Shown one piece after another: positions 34,961-43,082 of a DNA stretch of 43,920 bases. The notes under the pieces were generated by a model, which was not told the origin of the DNA, did no database searches, and saw nothing but the letters and a program-made list of their open reading frames with translations. Both the position numbers and the translations under genes were made by a program. Source of the DNA: an uncultured Eubacteriales bacterium (GTDB taxonomy: Bacteria; Bacillota; Clostridia; Christensenellales; Pumilibacteraceae); NCBI GenBank assembly GCA_949289095.1, contig CASEMM010000113.1, positions 1 through 43,920 on the forward strand. Direction: 5' to 3'. Position 1 is the stretch's first letter. Every line of letters begins with the position of its first letter.

Positions 34961-36909
34961 GAGAGAATTACGGCAGCATAAAAGAAACGCTCGGTGAATG
35001 CGGTTCCGTAAAAGAATACATAGCGCATAAACTGCATCTTCTCGATGAGTCCGGACGCGACATGCGTGCGCTCTTCGGGCTGATGTTTTCCGAACGCGGC
35101 AACGTCCTCGCTGAAACGACGGACGGTTTTCGCGTGCGCACGATTACGTACGGGGAGTGCGCGGACGGCATAGAGCGCAGATCCGCGCGCCTTGCGTATC
35201 TTCTTTCTTCCGTGCCGCACGGCTCGAAAGTGGGGCTTTGCATGGAAAACTCTCCGGATTGGATAGAGATCTTCTGGAGCATTCTCAAAGCAGGTTACGA
35301 GCCGCTGCTCGTCAACATGCGCGCGGACGACGAAACGATCAACTCCGTTTTTGAGGAATACGGCGTCCGTGCGGCGGTATCGGACGGGCGCGGGCTGAAT
35401 GCGGAGATACTCGTTTCTCCCGCGCAGATAGACGAGGCTCCCGCTCTGCACGGCGCGGAAAACGCGCCGTTCGGCAATGAAGTATATTTCATGTCGTCGG
35501 GAACGTCTTCGCAGCTCAAAATCTGCGGATATACCGGCGAAGAATTTTGTCATCAGATACGCTGCAGCGCGGATATACTGCGCAGAAGCCGCTCGATAAA
35601 ACGGCATTGGCGCGGCAGGCTCAAACTGCTCGCATTCCTGCCGTTCTGTCACATTTTCGGATTCGCGGCGGTGTACGTCTGGTTCTGCTTCTTTTCGCGT
35701 ACGCTCGTGTTTCTCGGAGATATGGCGCCGGATACCATAACGGATACGGTGAGAAAACACGGCGTCACTCACATATTCGCCGTACCGCTGTTCTGGGAAA
35801 AGCTGTACGACGCTGCCGTGGCAAAGATAAAAGAGCGCGGAGCGAAAACGTACCGCAGGTTCTTGCGCGGAATGAAACTCGCCGGAGTGCCGGTCATAGG
35901 CAGGCTGATAAAAAAATTCGCATTCCGCGAAGTGCGCGACAACATATTCGGTGAAAGCGTGATGTTCATGATAAGCGGCGGCGGAAACATATCCGAACGC
36001 GCGATGCGCTTTGCAAACAGGATCGGTTACAGACTGGTCAACGGCTACGGGATGACGGAAACGGGTATAGCGTCCGTGGAACTTTCGGAGCGCGCGTCCG
36101 TGCGGGAGCGGCGTTCGGTGGGCAAGCCCTTCGGCTGCGTGCGCTTTGACATAAGAGACGGAGAACTGTTCGTACGCAGCGACGCGATGGCGCGCGATAT
36201 ATTCGTCGGAGGGGAACGCGTCGCGGCAGACGCCCGCGGCTATGCCACCGGTGACCTTTTCGAATGCGTGCGCGGCGAATATTATATTCTGGGAAGAAAA
36301 GACGATCTGCTCGTCGGTGCGAACGGAGAAAACCTCAATCCCGAACTCATCGAACCTAAACTTGCCGCGGACGGAGTTCGCGGACTGTGTCTCGTGCGAA
36401 GCGGCGGGGGGATCGCGCTGGTCGCTGAAATTTCCCCTTACTGCGGCGGAAACCGCATTTCGAGCATACGTTCGGAAATCGCATCGCGTATCGCCGCGCT
36501 CGGACTGAGCGGTTCGGTCAATGAGATAGTGCTGACGACGAGCCGTCTTATCGGTGAAAAGGATTTCAAAATTTCGCGTTCGCGTGTCGCGTGCAGACTG
36601 GCAGCCGGCGAACTTTGCACGGTAACGGCGGATACCGCCGGCGGCGACGAATCCGATACGCTCATTACCGGGAAACTGCGCGGCATATTTGCGGAAGCGT
36701 TGAACAGGGATGTTGCGGAAATAGGATGCGACGACAATTTCTTCTTCGATCTCGGCGGTAGCAGTCTGGATTATTTTGCCATGGTTTCCGCTGTATGCTC
36801 GGAGTTCGGGATCGGATTTCCGTCGTCGGATACGGCAAGCGCGGCAACCGTGCGCGACGTTGCAAAACTCATAAAGTCATTTTACAGCGAGGAGGATATA
36901 CACAAATGA
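34957..36909 (+). CDS. Adenylate-forming enzyme fused to a carrier-protein domain (acyl-AMP ligase/A-T didomain)
   Basis: ANL motifs MSSGTSSQLK (A3), NGYGMTETG (A5), YATGDL (A7), GRKDDLLVGANGENLNPELIE (A8). C-terminal PP-binding motif FFFDLGGSSLDYF. SD GGGGAG. Confidence 0.85.
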   Translation: MRENYGSIKETLGECGSVKEYIAHKLHLLDESGRDMRALFGLMFSERGNVLAETTDGFRVRTITYGECADGIERRSARLAYLLSSVPHGSKVGLCMENSPDWIEIFWSILKAGYEPLLVNMRADDETINSVFEEYGVRAAVSDGRGLNAEILVSPAQIDEAPALHGAENAPFGNEVYFMSSGTSSQLKICGYTGEEFCHQIRCSADILRRSRSIKRHWRGRLKLLAFLPFCHIFGFAAVYVWFCFFSRTLVFLGDMAPDTITDTVRKHGVTHIFAVPLFWEKLYDAAVAKIKERGAKTYRRFLRGMKLAGVPVIGRLIKKFAFREVRDNIFGESVMFMISGGGNISERAMRFANRIGYRLVNGYGMTETGIASVELSERASVRERRSVGKPFGCVRFDIRDGELFVRSDAMARDIFVGGERVAADARGYATGDLFECVRGEYYILGRKDDLLVGANGENLNPELIEPKLAADGVRGLCLVRSGGGIALVAEISPYCGGNRISSIRSEIASRIAALGLSGSVNEIVLTTSRLIGEKDFKISRSRVACRLAAGELCTVTADTAGGDESDTLITGKLRGIFAEALNRDVAEIGCDDNFFFDLGGSSLDYFAMVSAVCSEFGIGFPSSDTASAATVRDVAKLIKSFYSEEDIHK

Positions 36910-38915
36910 TAGCTAAACCTATGGGACTTTCGGTTTCGGCAGGATCTCTCAACACTAAGTGGAAAGAACTGCTGTTTTCCTTTTCCGGATTCGGCCCCAA
37001 CTTTCTGATGGTTCTTATGGGCGCGTTTTATTCGGATGCGGTTAACCCTGCCGGATTTATGGATAATACGGCCGGGCAGTCCATAGTCGGAACGATCTGT
37101 CTTGTCGTACCCGGTCTTTTTTCCGTGCTTATGCTCGTTGCGAAGGCGTTCGACGGACTTATCGATATCCCGTTTGCGTCGGTAACGGACAATCTTTCCA
37201 CGAGATGGGGCAGGAGACGGCCGCCGATAGCGATATGTTTCGCTCCCATGGTAGTATCTTTCGCCATGTGCTGGCTGCCGGTATTCGGAACTGCGGAGAG
37301 TGCGCAGCTCGGCAATACGATTTGGTTTATTCTGTGGGCGCTCGTGTTCTTCTCGACGTATACGATGTGTCTGATTTCCTTTTACGGCAGTCTGAGCACG
37401 GTATGCAGCGACGAGGCGCAGCGCCTGCGCGTATCCAGTTTCAAGTCGTTCTTCGATACGATTTCGTACTGCATCGTATATGCTCTCGTACCGGTGATAG
37501 TCAGCGCGCTGAACAACGCGTCGGGCGGTTCGCTCGGTATGGATGAATTCGTGTTCATGAGCCTGCCGCTCATGTTCACGATGATCATTCCTCTTTTCAT
37601 GATAAAGGAGGGGGCGAAATACGGTTATCCCGAAAACGAGGGCGCGGAAAAACCGCAGAAAATAACGCTCGGAAAGTCGCTTAAAATCACGTTCAAGAAT
37701 AAGATCTTCCGCAATTGGCTGGTAGTCAACTGCTGTTCGTTCTTCGGGTTGCAGATGTTCCTCGTTTCCATGAACACGATGATAATAGGCGGAATGGGAA
37801 TGAACGCGCTCGAAATGATGATGCTCAATACGTGCGCGTTCGCTCCCGTGCCGATAATGCTGTATCTGTTCCGTAAAATGAAAGAGCGAAGGGGACTGCG
37901 ATTCACGTATCAGACGTGTCTGCTGTCGTTCGCTCTTGCGATACTCGGATTCTTTTTCGGCTCGAAACTCGTTTGCGGGGACAATAAAACGGTGCAGTAC
38001 ATAATAGGCTGCGTGGGCGGCGTGCTCGGAAGCTGGGCGATAGGTTCGTTCTTCATGATGCCGTACATGGTTCCGTCGCAGATATCCGCGGTTGAGGAAA
38101 AACTGCTTAAACGCAATCACAGCGCCATGTATTTCGCGGCGCAGGCGTTTGCGACGAGTATCGTCGGCGCGGTCGCTTCTTACGGAATATACGATATAAT
38201 AAAAAACATATTCTTTACCAAGAGCGGGTCTTTCGTCTGGGCGGAAGCGGTGGCGGAAACGGGCAAGAGCGCGTCGCAGGTAGCGGCGGAAACGCTCGGC
38301 GTCGCAGAAGACGCGGTGTATAATTTCGGAACCACGCTCGTTCCGTTCGTCGTTGCTATCATGTGCATCGTCGGATTTTTGTTTGCGTTCAGAATGCCGA
38401 GGGATTATAATCATAAGGAAGTGGCGATGGCTTTCCTCCGAATGGATCCCACGCTGGATATTTCCGAATATATCAACGAAGAAGAGCCGAAGCCCGAAAA
38501 AGGCGAGATACTGTTCGTTCAGATAGGACTTTCCGTGCTTTCCGGGTTCATATTCGGATTCATATGGCTTGGCTTCATGCTGCGCGCGATAAGAAAGGCG
38601 GCGGGCGAAGCGCTTAAAGTCAGACTCAACCCTCTGTTCTGGGCGCTCGGCTGCTTTATTCCGTTCGTCGGCATATACGTTCTCATAAAGCGTCATTCCG
38701 AACTTGCCGCCGCGGCAGAGAAATACGGGCTTTCGATAGGCAGAAAGACGGCGGCGTTCATCGTTACGGGTATACTGCTGCCCGTGCTTCCCGTGAACGT
38801 GGTCGGTCTGTCGCTCATGCAGCACGATCTGAACAGATACTATGCTGCGGAGAGAGCGGCGGATGCCGCTGCCGCACCCGCAAAAGGAGTCGCAACGGCA
38901 GATGAAGCTGTTTAA
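36906..38915 (+). CDS. GPH/MFS_2-family transporter (MelB/Mfsd2a-like) with extra C-terminal 2-3 TM module
   Basis: GPH signature AKAFDGLIDIPFASVTDNLSTRWGRRRPP in loop 2-3 and about 12 TM segments. The C-terminal ~170 aa (from about nt 38400) form an additional DUF4234-like membrane module. ATGA overlap with the upstream gene. SD GAGGAGGA. Confidence 0.8.
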   Translation: MIAKPMGLSVSAGSLNTKWKELLFSFSGFGPNFLMVLMGAFYSDAVNPAGFMDNTAGQSIVGTICLVVPGLFSVLMLVAKAFDGLIDIPFASVTDNLSTRWGRRRPPIAICFAPMVVSFAMCWLPVFGTAESAQLGNTIWFILWALVFFSTYTMCLISFYGSLSTVCSDEAQRLRVSSFKSFFDTISYCIVYALVPVIVSALNNASGGSLGMDEFVFMSLPLMFTMIIPLFMIKEGAKYGYPENEGAEKPQKITLGKSLKITFKNKIFRNWLVVNCCSFFGLQMFLVSMNTMIIGGMGMNALEMMMLNTCAFAPVPIMLYLFRKMKERRGLRFTYQTCLLSFALAILGFFFGSKLVCGDNKTVQYIIGCVGGVLGSWAIGSFFMMPYMVPSQISAVEEKLLKRNHSAMYFAAQAFATSIVGAVASYGIYDIIKNIFFTKSGSFVWAEAVAETGKSASQVAAETLGVAEDAVYNFGTTLVPFVVAIMCIVGFLFAFRMPRDYNHKEVAMAFLRMDPTLDISEYINEEEPKPEKGEILFVQIGLSVLSGFIFGFIWLGFMLRAIRKAAGEALKVRLNPLFWALGCFIPFVGIYVLIKRHSELAAAAEKYGLSIGRKTAAFIVTGILLPVLPVNVVGLSLMQHDLNRYYAAERAADAAAAPAKGVATADEAV

Positions 38916-39576
38916 CGCCTTCGTAAAAGGAACGGCGTGGCCCGTACAGTGGCTGTGCTTCCGAACGAAAGTGTATTACGCGGACAAAAAGTCGCAGAGC
39001 AGAAAGATAAAAGGTCCGGCTATAATAATTTCCAATCATACGTCTGTATACGATTACGCGGTATTTTTGTTCGTGTTCTGGCGCAGAATGCTGCACTATC
39101 AGATGGCGGAGTGCCTGTTCAGAAAGAAATTGCTCGGCAGGTTTCTTCGTGCGATGGGCGGGATATACGTCGACAGGGACGCGCGCGACTTTTCATTCGT
39201 GCATAAGTCGCTCGGAATTCTTGCGAAAGGCGGAGTCGTCGGCATATTCCCGGAAAGCCGGCTGCCTCTCGAAGGCGAGGAACGGCCTCTGCCGTTCAGA
39301 ACGAGCGCGGCTTATATCGCGCTGGAAAGCGGCGCGCCGGTCATACCCGTATATACGGACGGCAATTACTTCGGACGCGGGCGTGCGCGCGTAATAATAG
39401 GAAAGAGCATTTCGGTGAGAGAGATGTGGAACGATTCGCTCGGTTACAAAGCAAATCTCGAAAACATTTCCGCCGGATTGAGACATGCGGTCATCGCATT
39501 GAAAGATGAATTAGACAGGCAGCGTGAAGAGGAAAGAAGAAGAAAAGAAAAAAAGAAGACGCACGTTGGGACTTAG
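38902..39576 (+). CDS. PlsC-family (lysophospholipid) acyltransferase 1
   Basis: HX4D motif SNHTSVYD and GIFPESR block. Overlaps the transporter 3' end by 14 nt. Ends in a Lys/Arg/Glu-rich tail and TAG. Confidence 0.85.
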   Translation: MKLFNAFVKGTAWPVQWLCFRTKVYYADKKSQSRKIKGPAIIISNHTSVYDYAVFLFVFWRRMLHYQMAECLFRKKLLGRFLRAMGGIYVDRDARDFSFVHKSLGILAKGGVVGIFPESRLPLEGEERPLPFRTSAAYIALESGAPVIPVYTDGNYFGRGRARVIIGKSISVREMWNDSLGYKANLENISAGLRHAVIALKDELDRQREEERRRKEKKKTHVGT

Positions 39577-40210
39577 ATATTTCGTGTATGATTTCGTCAA
39601 ATGGACGGCAGCGCCGTTTCTGATGCTCGCATTGCGTCCGAAAGTTTATTTCGAAAACGAAAACGCGAAGAAACACGTTAAGGGCGGAGCGCTCGTCGTG
39701 TCCAATCATACGGGATATACCGACTGCGTCAAACTGCACTTTTCGCTGTGGTACAGACGGCTGCATTTCGTTGCTACCAAGGATATGTTCGAGGGCAGAC
39801 TTTCGCGGTGGTTTTTCCGCAGACTGCTGTGCATTCCGGTGGATAAGGATAATTTCGAAATGCGTACGTTTGACGAAGTAGGCGAAAGGCTGAACGAAGG
39901 AAGCGTCGTGGTCATATTCCCGGAGGGACGCATTAACCGCGAGGGCGGAATCGAATATTTCAAGGCAGGCGCGGTGCTTATGGCAATGAGGTACAAAGTT
40001 CCCGTCGTGCCGGTCGTTCTCATTCGTCCGTCGGGAAGATTCGACCGCACGCGCATAGCGGTAGGAGAGCCGATAGACGTATCGGGCGGCGGCTGTACGC
40101 TTGCCGGTGTAAACGAGATTGCGCGCATGCTGCGCAAAAAGGAAGAGGAACTTACGGAGCTTGTCGCGCGGCGCCGCCGGAATAAAAACAAACTCAAGGA
40201 AGAAAAATGA
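39524..40210 (+). CDS. PlsC-family acyltransferase 2 (start codon uncertain: GTG 39524, TTG 39566 or GTG 39584; no ATG)
   Basis: HX4D motif SNHTGYTD and IFPEGR block. The N-terminus aligns with acyltransferase 1 from about LRYFVYDFVKW. +1 frame relative to the upstream gene, across a purine/A7 tract. Confidence 0.8.
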   Translation: MKRKEEEKKKRRRTLGLRYFVYDFVKWTAAPFLMLALRPKVYFENENAKKHVKGGALVVSNHTGYTDCVKLHFSLWYRRLHFVATKDMFEGRLSRWFFRRLLCIPVDKDNFEMRTFDEVGERLNEGSVVVIFPEGRINREGGIEYFKAGAVLMAMRYKVPVVPVVLIRPSGRFDRTRIAVGEPIDVSGGGCTLAGVNEIARMLRKKEEELTELVARRRRNKNKLKEEK

Positions 40211-40458
40211 CCCGCGAAGAAATTACAGAAAAACTGAGAAACATACTGGCGTCCGCCGCCGACGACGGAGCGGAAATCGCCGAACGCGCGACGGAGGATT
40301 CCGATCTCGCGGCAGATCTCGGACTGTCGTCCATAGGAGTGCTGCTTATGGTAATCGCGATAGAAGAACGCTTCGGAATAAAATTCGGCAACGTGCGTCT
40401 CGGCAGTTTCAGGACTGTGGGCGACGTAGTCGATTACATTCAGAAATCGACCGCGTAA
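40207..40458 (+). CDS. Acyl carrier protein
   Basis: 83 aa, with phosphopantetheine attachment motif DLGLSSIG. ATGA overlap upstream and TAATG overlap downstream. Confidence 0.85.
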   Translation: MTREEITEKLRNILASAADDGAEIAERATEDSDLAADLGLSSIGVLLMVIAIEERFGIKFGNVRLGSFRTVGDVVDYIQKSTA

Positions 40459-41483
40459 TGAAGTGGACGTTCGATACGCCCGAAGCGGGCGATATGGTGC
40501 GCGTGCGCGTCGGCTCGATTTATCATTACGGAATATTTGTTTCGGATGAGGAGATAATACAGTTCGGTCCGCCGCCGTCGGACGTGCGCCGGCTCGCGTC
40601 CGGAGAAGACATACGCGTGATCAGTACGGATGCGGACGGTTTCCGTTCGGGCGGGTTCATCGAAACGGGCAGACCGGGATTCTCCGAGCGTGTGCGTGCG
40701 CGCCGCCGCGCTGCCGTCGTTGCATATGCCCGTTCGCAGCTCGGCAGAGGCGGTTACGATATCCTTCGCAACAATTGCGAACATTTCGCGCGCGAATGCC
40801 TGTTCGGCAAAGGAGAATGCGCGGTCGTGGATAAAGCGCGCATAGCGGCGCGCGCAATGCCGTCCGCGGACGTATATCTGTCCGAAGTGTCCGGTTCTGA
40901 AACGACGCGCGTTTATCCTCCGGACAGAGAGAGCGAAATAAGAAGCGCGTGCAATGCCGCCGTCGCCGCGCAAAAACGCACGGCATGGAGACTGCTTTGC
41001 GTCGCAATGAAAAATTCAATGGGGATCGAACCGGAAAAGGCGGAATTCCGCCGTACGGAAAACGGAAAGTGGCTCTGCGACAAGTGCATGTTCTCGCTGA
41101 CCCATACGGCGGGATATGCGGCTGCCGCGGTATCGCGTTTTCCCGTCGGCGTCGATATGGAAGAGTATTCCCGCACGCGCGATCTGCGGAAACTGTACGG
41201 GAAAATCGTTTGTCCGGAAGAACGGCTCGTATACGGAGAAGACCCCTCGGATACGGACGTGCTTCGTTTGTGGACGCGAAAAGAAAGTATTTTCAAACGG
41301 TACGGAGACGGCGGTTTTGAACCGTTGTCCGTTAATACCGAAAAGGAAACGGCGGTTACGCGGATACCGGTTAAATATCCGCTTGTGATTTCCGTATCGG
41401 CGGAACGTCTCGCTTACTTTTCGATATACGAAGTGTCTGCGGACGGAAAGGTCATAAGTCCGCTTGCGGGCAGAAACGCATAA
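40458..41483 (+). CDS. Fusion protein: N-terminal LRAT/NlpC-P60-type acyltransferase-thiol hydrolase domain plus C-terminal Sfp-type 4'-phosphopantetheinyl transferase
   Basis: LRAT His box GSIYHYGIFV and catalytic Cys box NNCEHFARE. PPTase motifs FSLTHTAGYAAAAV, VGVDMEE, and LWTRKESIFKRYG. Confidence 0.8.
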   Translation: MKWTFDTPEAGDMVRVRVGSIYHYGIFVSDEEIIQFGPPPSDVRRLASGEDIRVISTDADGFRSGGFIETGRPGFSERVRARRRAAVVAYARSQLGRGGYDILRNNCEHFARECLFGKGECAVVDKARIAARAMPSADVYLSEVSGSETTRVYPPDRESEIRSACNAAVAAQKRTAWRLLCVAMKNSMGIEPEKAEFRRTENGKWLCDKCMFSLTHTAGYAAAAVSRFPVGVDMEEYSRTRDLRKLYGKIVCPEERLVYGEDPSDTDVLRLWTRKESIFKRYGDGGFEPLSVNTEKETAVTRIPVKYPLVISVSAERLAYFSIYEVSADGKVISPLAGRNA

Positions 41484-41497
41484 AGGAGGAGAACAGT

Positions 41498-42061
41498 ATG
41501 TATTGCAAATTCTGCGGTAAGTACACGAACGAAACCGACGCGGTGTGCGCCGAGTGCAAGAGCAGAACGGCAAAGAACGCCGCCCCGCAGGGCGGCATTC
41601 AGGGACAGCCGCCGTACGGGGGCGCGGGATATAACGGAGGAAACGTTTATCGCGGTATGACCCCGCCCGCACCCGCGCCGCAGCCCGGGTCGCCTTACGG
41701 AAAACTGTACGGATTCGGTCCCGCGCTCGCATCGGCGATATGCGGTTGCATAGGAGGTCTTGTTCTTTTCTACGGCTGGCTCTCCATACTCGTGTTTCTG
41801 CCGGCGTTCGTTTTAAGCTCCGATTCGCTTCTGACATGGCGGATCACATACATTTTCATGATAGCGGTGGGGTTCATCCTCGGCGTGATCGCGCTCGTGC
41901 TCGGGATTAAGGGCATGCGCAGCTTCTTTGTCGCCAAGCGCAACGGCGGGAAGGCGATAGCCGCGCTCGTGCTCGGAATAGTGGGGCTGGTATCCGGGGC
42001 GTTGACAATGCTTCTGGGACTGATCGTGCTCATATCCGTCGTGCCCGGAATGTTCGTATAG
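41498..42061 (+). CDS. Zinc-ribbon membrane protein (CxxC-CxxC, Gly/Pro/Gln linker, ~4 TM)
   Basis: MYCKFCGKYTNETDAVCAECK, G/P/Q-rich spacer, then hydrophobic helices. SD AAAGGAGGAG. 14 nt after the upstream stop. Confidence 0.7.
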   Translation: MYCKFCGKYTNETDAVCAECKSRTAKNAAPQGGIQGQPPYGGAGYNGGNVYRGMTPPAPAPQPGSPYGKLYGFGPALASAICGCIGGLVLFYGWLSILVFLPAFVLSSDSLLTWRITYIFMIAVGFILGVIALVLGIKGMRSFFVAKRNGGKAIAALVLGIVGLVSGALTMLLGLIVLISVVPGMFV

Positions 42062-42092
42062 CGGGCGTGGATTGCGGATACGAATCAGACGG

Positions 42093-42120
42093 CGCGCGGG
42101 AGACAAATGTCTCCCGCGCG
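42093..42120. terminator. GC-rich hairpin between convergent genes (no U tract)
   Basis: CGCGCGGGAGA-caaatg-TCTCCCGCGCG. 11-bp stem, 42093-42103/42110-42120. Confidence 0.45.
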
Positions 42121-42198
42121 CTCTGCCGCTGTCGCGCGTTTGGCATGTAAACGCACGTCCGTGTGCGGCGAGCAAAGAGCGGCACATAAACCGCGTCG

Positions 42199-42987
42199 TT
42201 ATTCCGCTCCGAAGAGCAGCTTTTCGGCATTTGCGTGCAATATCATATCGAGAGTGCGTTTGTCACGCACGGCAGAGCTGACGAAGTCGAGGTTGGCGCG
42301 TATGTCCCTCCACGGCGAGTCGCTGCCGAACAGCAGTCTGTCTGCGGGGAGAACGGAGAGAACGTGGCAGAACCGTTCGGGAGTGAATTGCGATGACGCG
42401 AGCGAAAGGTCGGCGTATGCTCCGCAGCCGGCAAGTACGGCAAGTTCCTTATCCGTTATTCCGTAACCGCCCGTATGCGCGAGTACCGTGCGTTCGGGGC
42501 AGAGAATATCGAACAGCGGCAGAAAGTCCGAGGGGTAAACGTCGAGATCCGTAGGCGTGCGCCCGGGTCTGCCGCAGTGGAACACAGCCGTTATTCCCGC
42601 GTCGCGCACCGCGCGCCACAGCGGAACGAGACAGGGATCGCCGAGAACGAAGTTCTGCATGTTCGGGTGAAATTTTACGCCTTTAAGCCCTTTGTCCGCA
42701 TATTCGCGCACGAGCGCGGGAGCGTTTTCCGAATGCGGGTGAACTGAAAAAAAGGGAATTATCCCGTTCCCGTGAGTGTTCAGCACGAAATCGTTGACGG
42801 TGCGCTCGTGCCCCGGTCTGCCGCACACGGGCAGCGCGACTGCGAGTTTGACGCCCGCGCCGCGCATAGCGTTTTCCAGCCCGGCAAGCGTGCCGTCCGC
42901 ATCGCCCTCGACGACGTCGTCCACGCCGCGCAGCGCGCGCCGTGCGAGACAGGGCGGGTAATAGTGAGTGTGAAAATCTATTGTCAT
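42199..42987 (-). CDS. Amidohydrolase_2-type metal-dependent TIM-barrel hydrolase
   Basis: MTIDFHTHYYPP metal-binding start, VKFHPNMQ, VFHCG, and a C-terminal FGSDSPW motif. Confidence 0.75.
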   Translation of the reverse strand: MTIDFHTHYYPPCLARRALRGVDDVVEGDADGTLAGLENAMRGAGVKLAVALPVCGRPGHERTVNDFVLNTHGNGIIPFFSVHPHSENAPALVREYADKGLKGVKFHPNMQNFVLGDPCLVPLWRAVRDAGITAVFHCGRPGRTPTDLDVYPSDFLPLFDILCPERTVLAHTGGYGITDKELAVLAGCGAYADLSLASSQFTPERFCHVLSVLPADRLLFGSDSPWRDIRANLDFVSSAVRDKRTLDMILHANAEKLLFGAE

Positions 42988-42995
42988 CACGCAAA

Positions 42996-43024
42996 AGATT
43001 AACATAAATTTCTTCCGCGGTCAA
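42996..43024 (-). promoter_or_regulatory. Promoter TTGACC-17-TGtTAATCT ending 8 nt before ATG 42987 (possibly leaderless)
   Basis: On the minus strand: TTGACC (43024-43019), 17 nt, TAATCT (43001-42996). No SD. Confidence 0.45.
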
Positions 43025-43032
43025 TCGGATAA

Positions 43033-43061
43033 TTGACGAAACGCGAAAGCGGGTGTATAAT
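43033..43061 (+). promoter_or_regulatory. Sigma-A promoter TTGACG-17-TATAAT
   Basis: TTGACG at 43033-43038 and TATAAT at 43056-43061. The leader carries SD GGGGAG before ATG 43083. Confidence 0.6.
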
Positions 43062-43082
43062 AATCATCGGGGAGATTTGCAT

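Noticed and set aside
14578-38825. Other long shadow ORFs: 14578-15873 (-), 18907-20577 (-), 26141-27421 (+), 28934-29974 (+), 30617-31699 (-), 32344-33387 (-), 34861-35772 (-), 36882-38825 (-).
   Set aside because: Same reasoning as above. Each overlaps, on the opposite strand or in another frame, a gene with strong family motifs (glcK, ispE, the dnaD-like gene, cysE, ogg, guaA, the adenylase, the transporter), and each has a biased Arg-rich composition.
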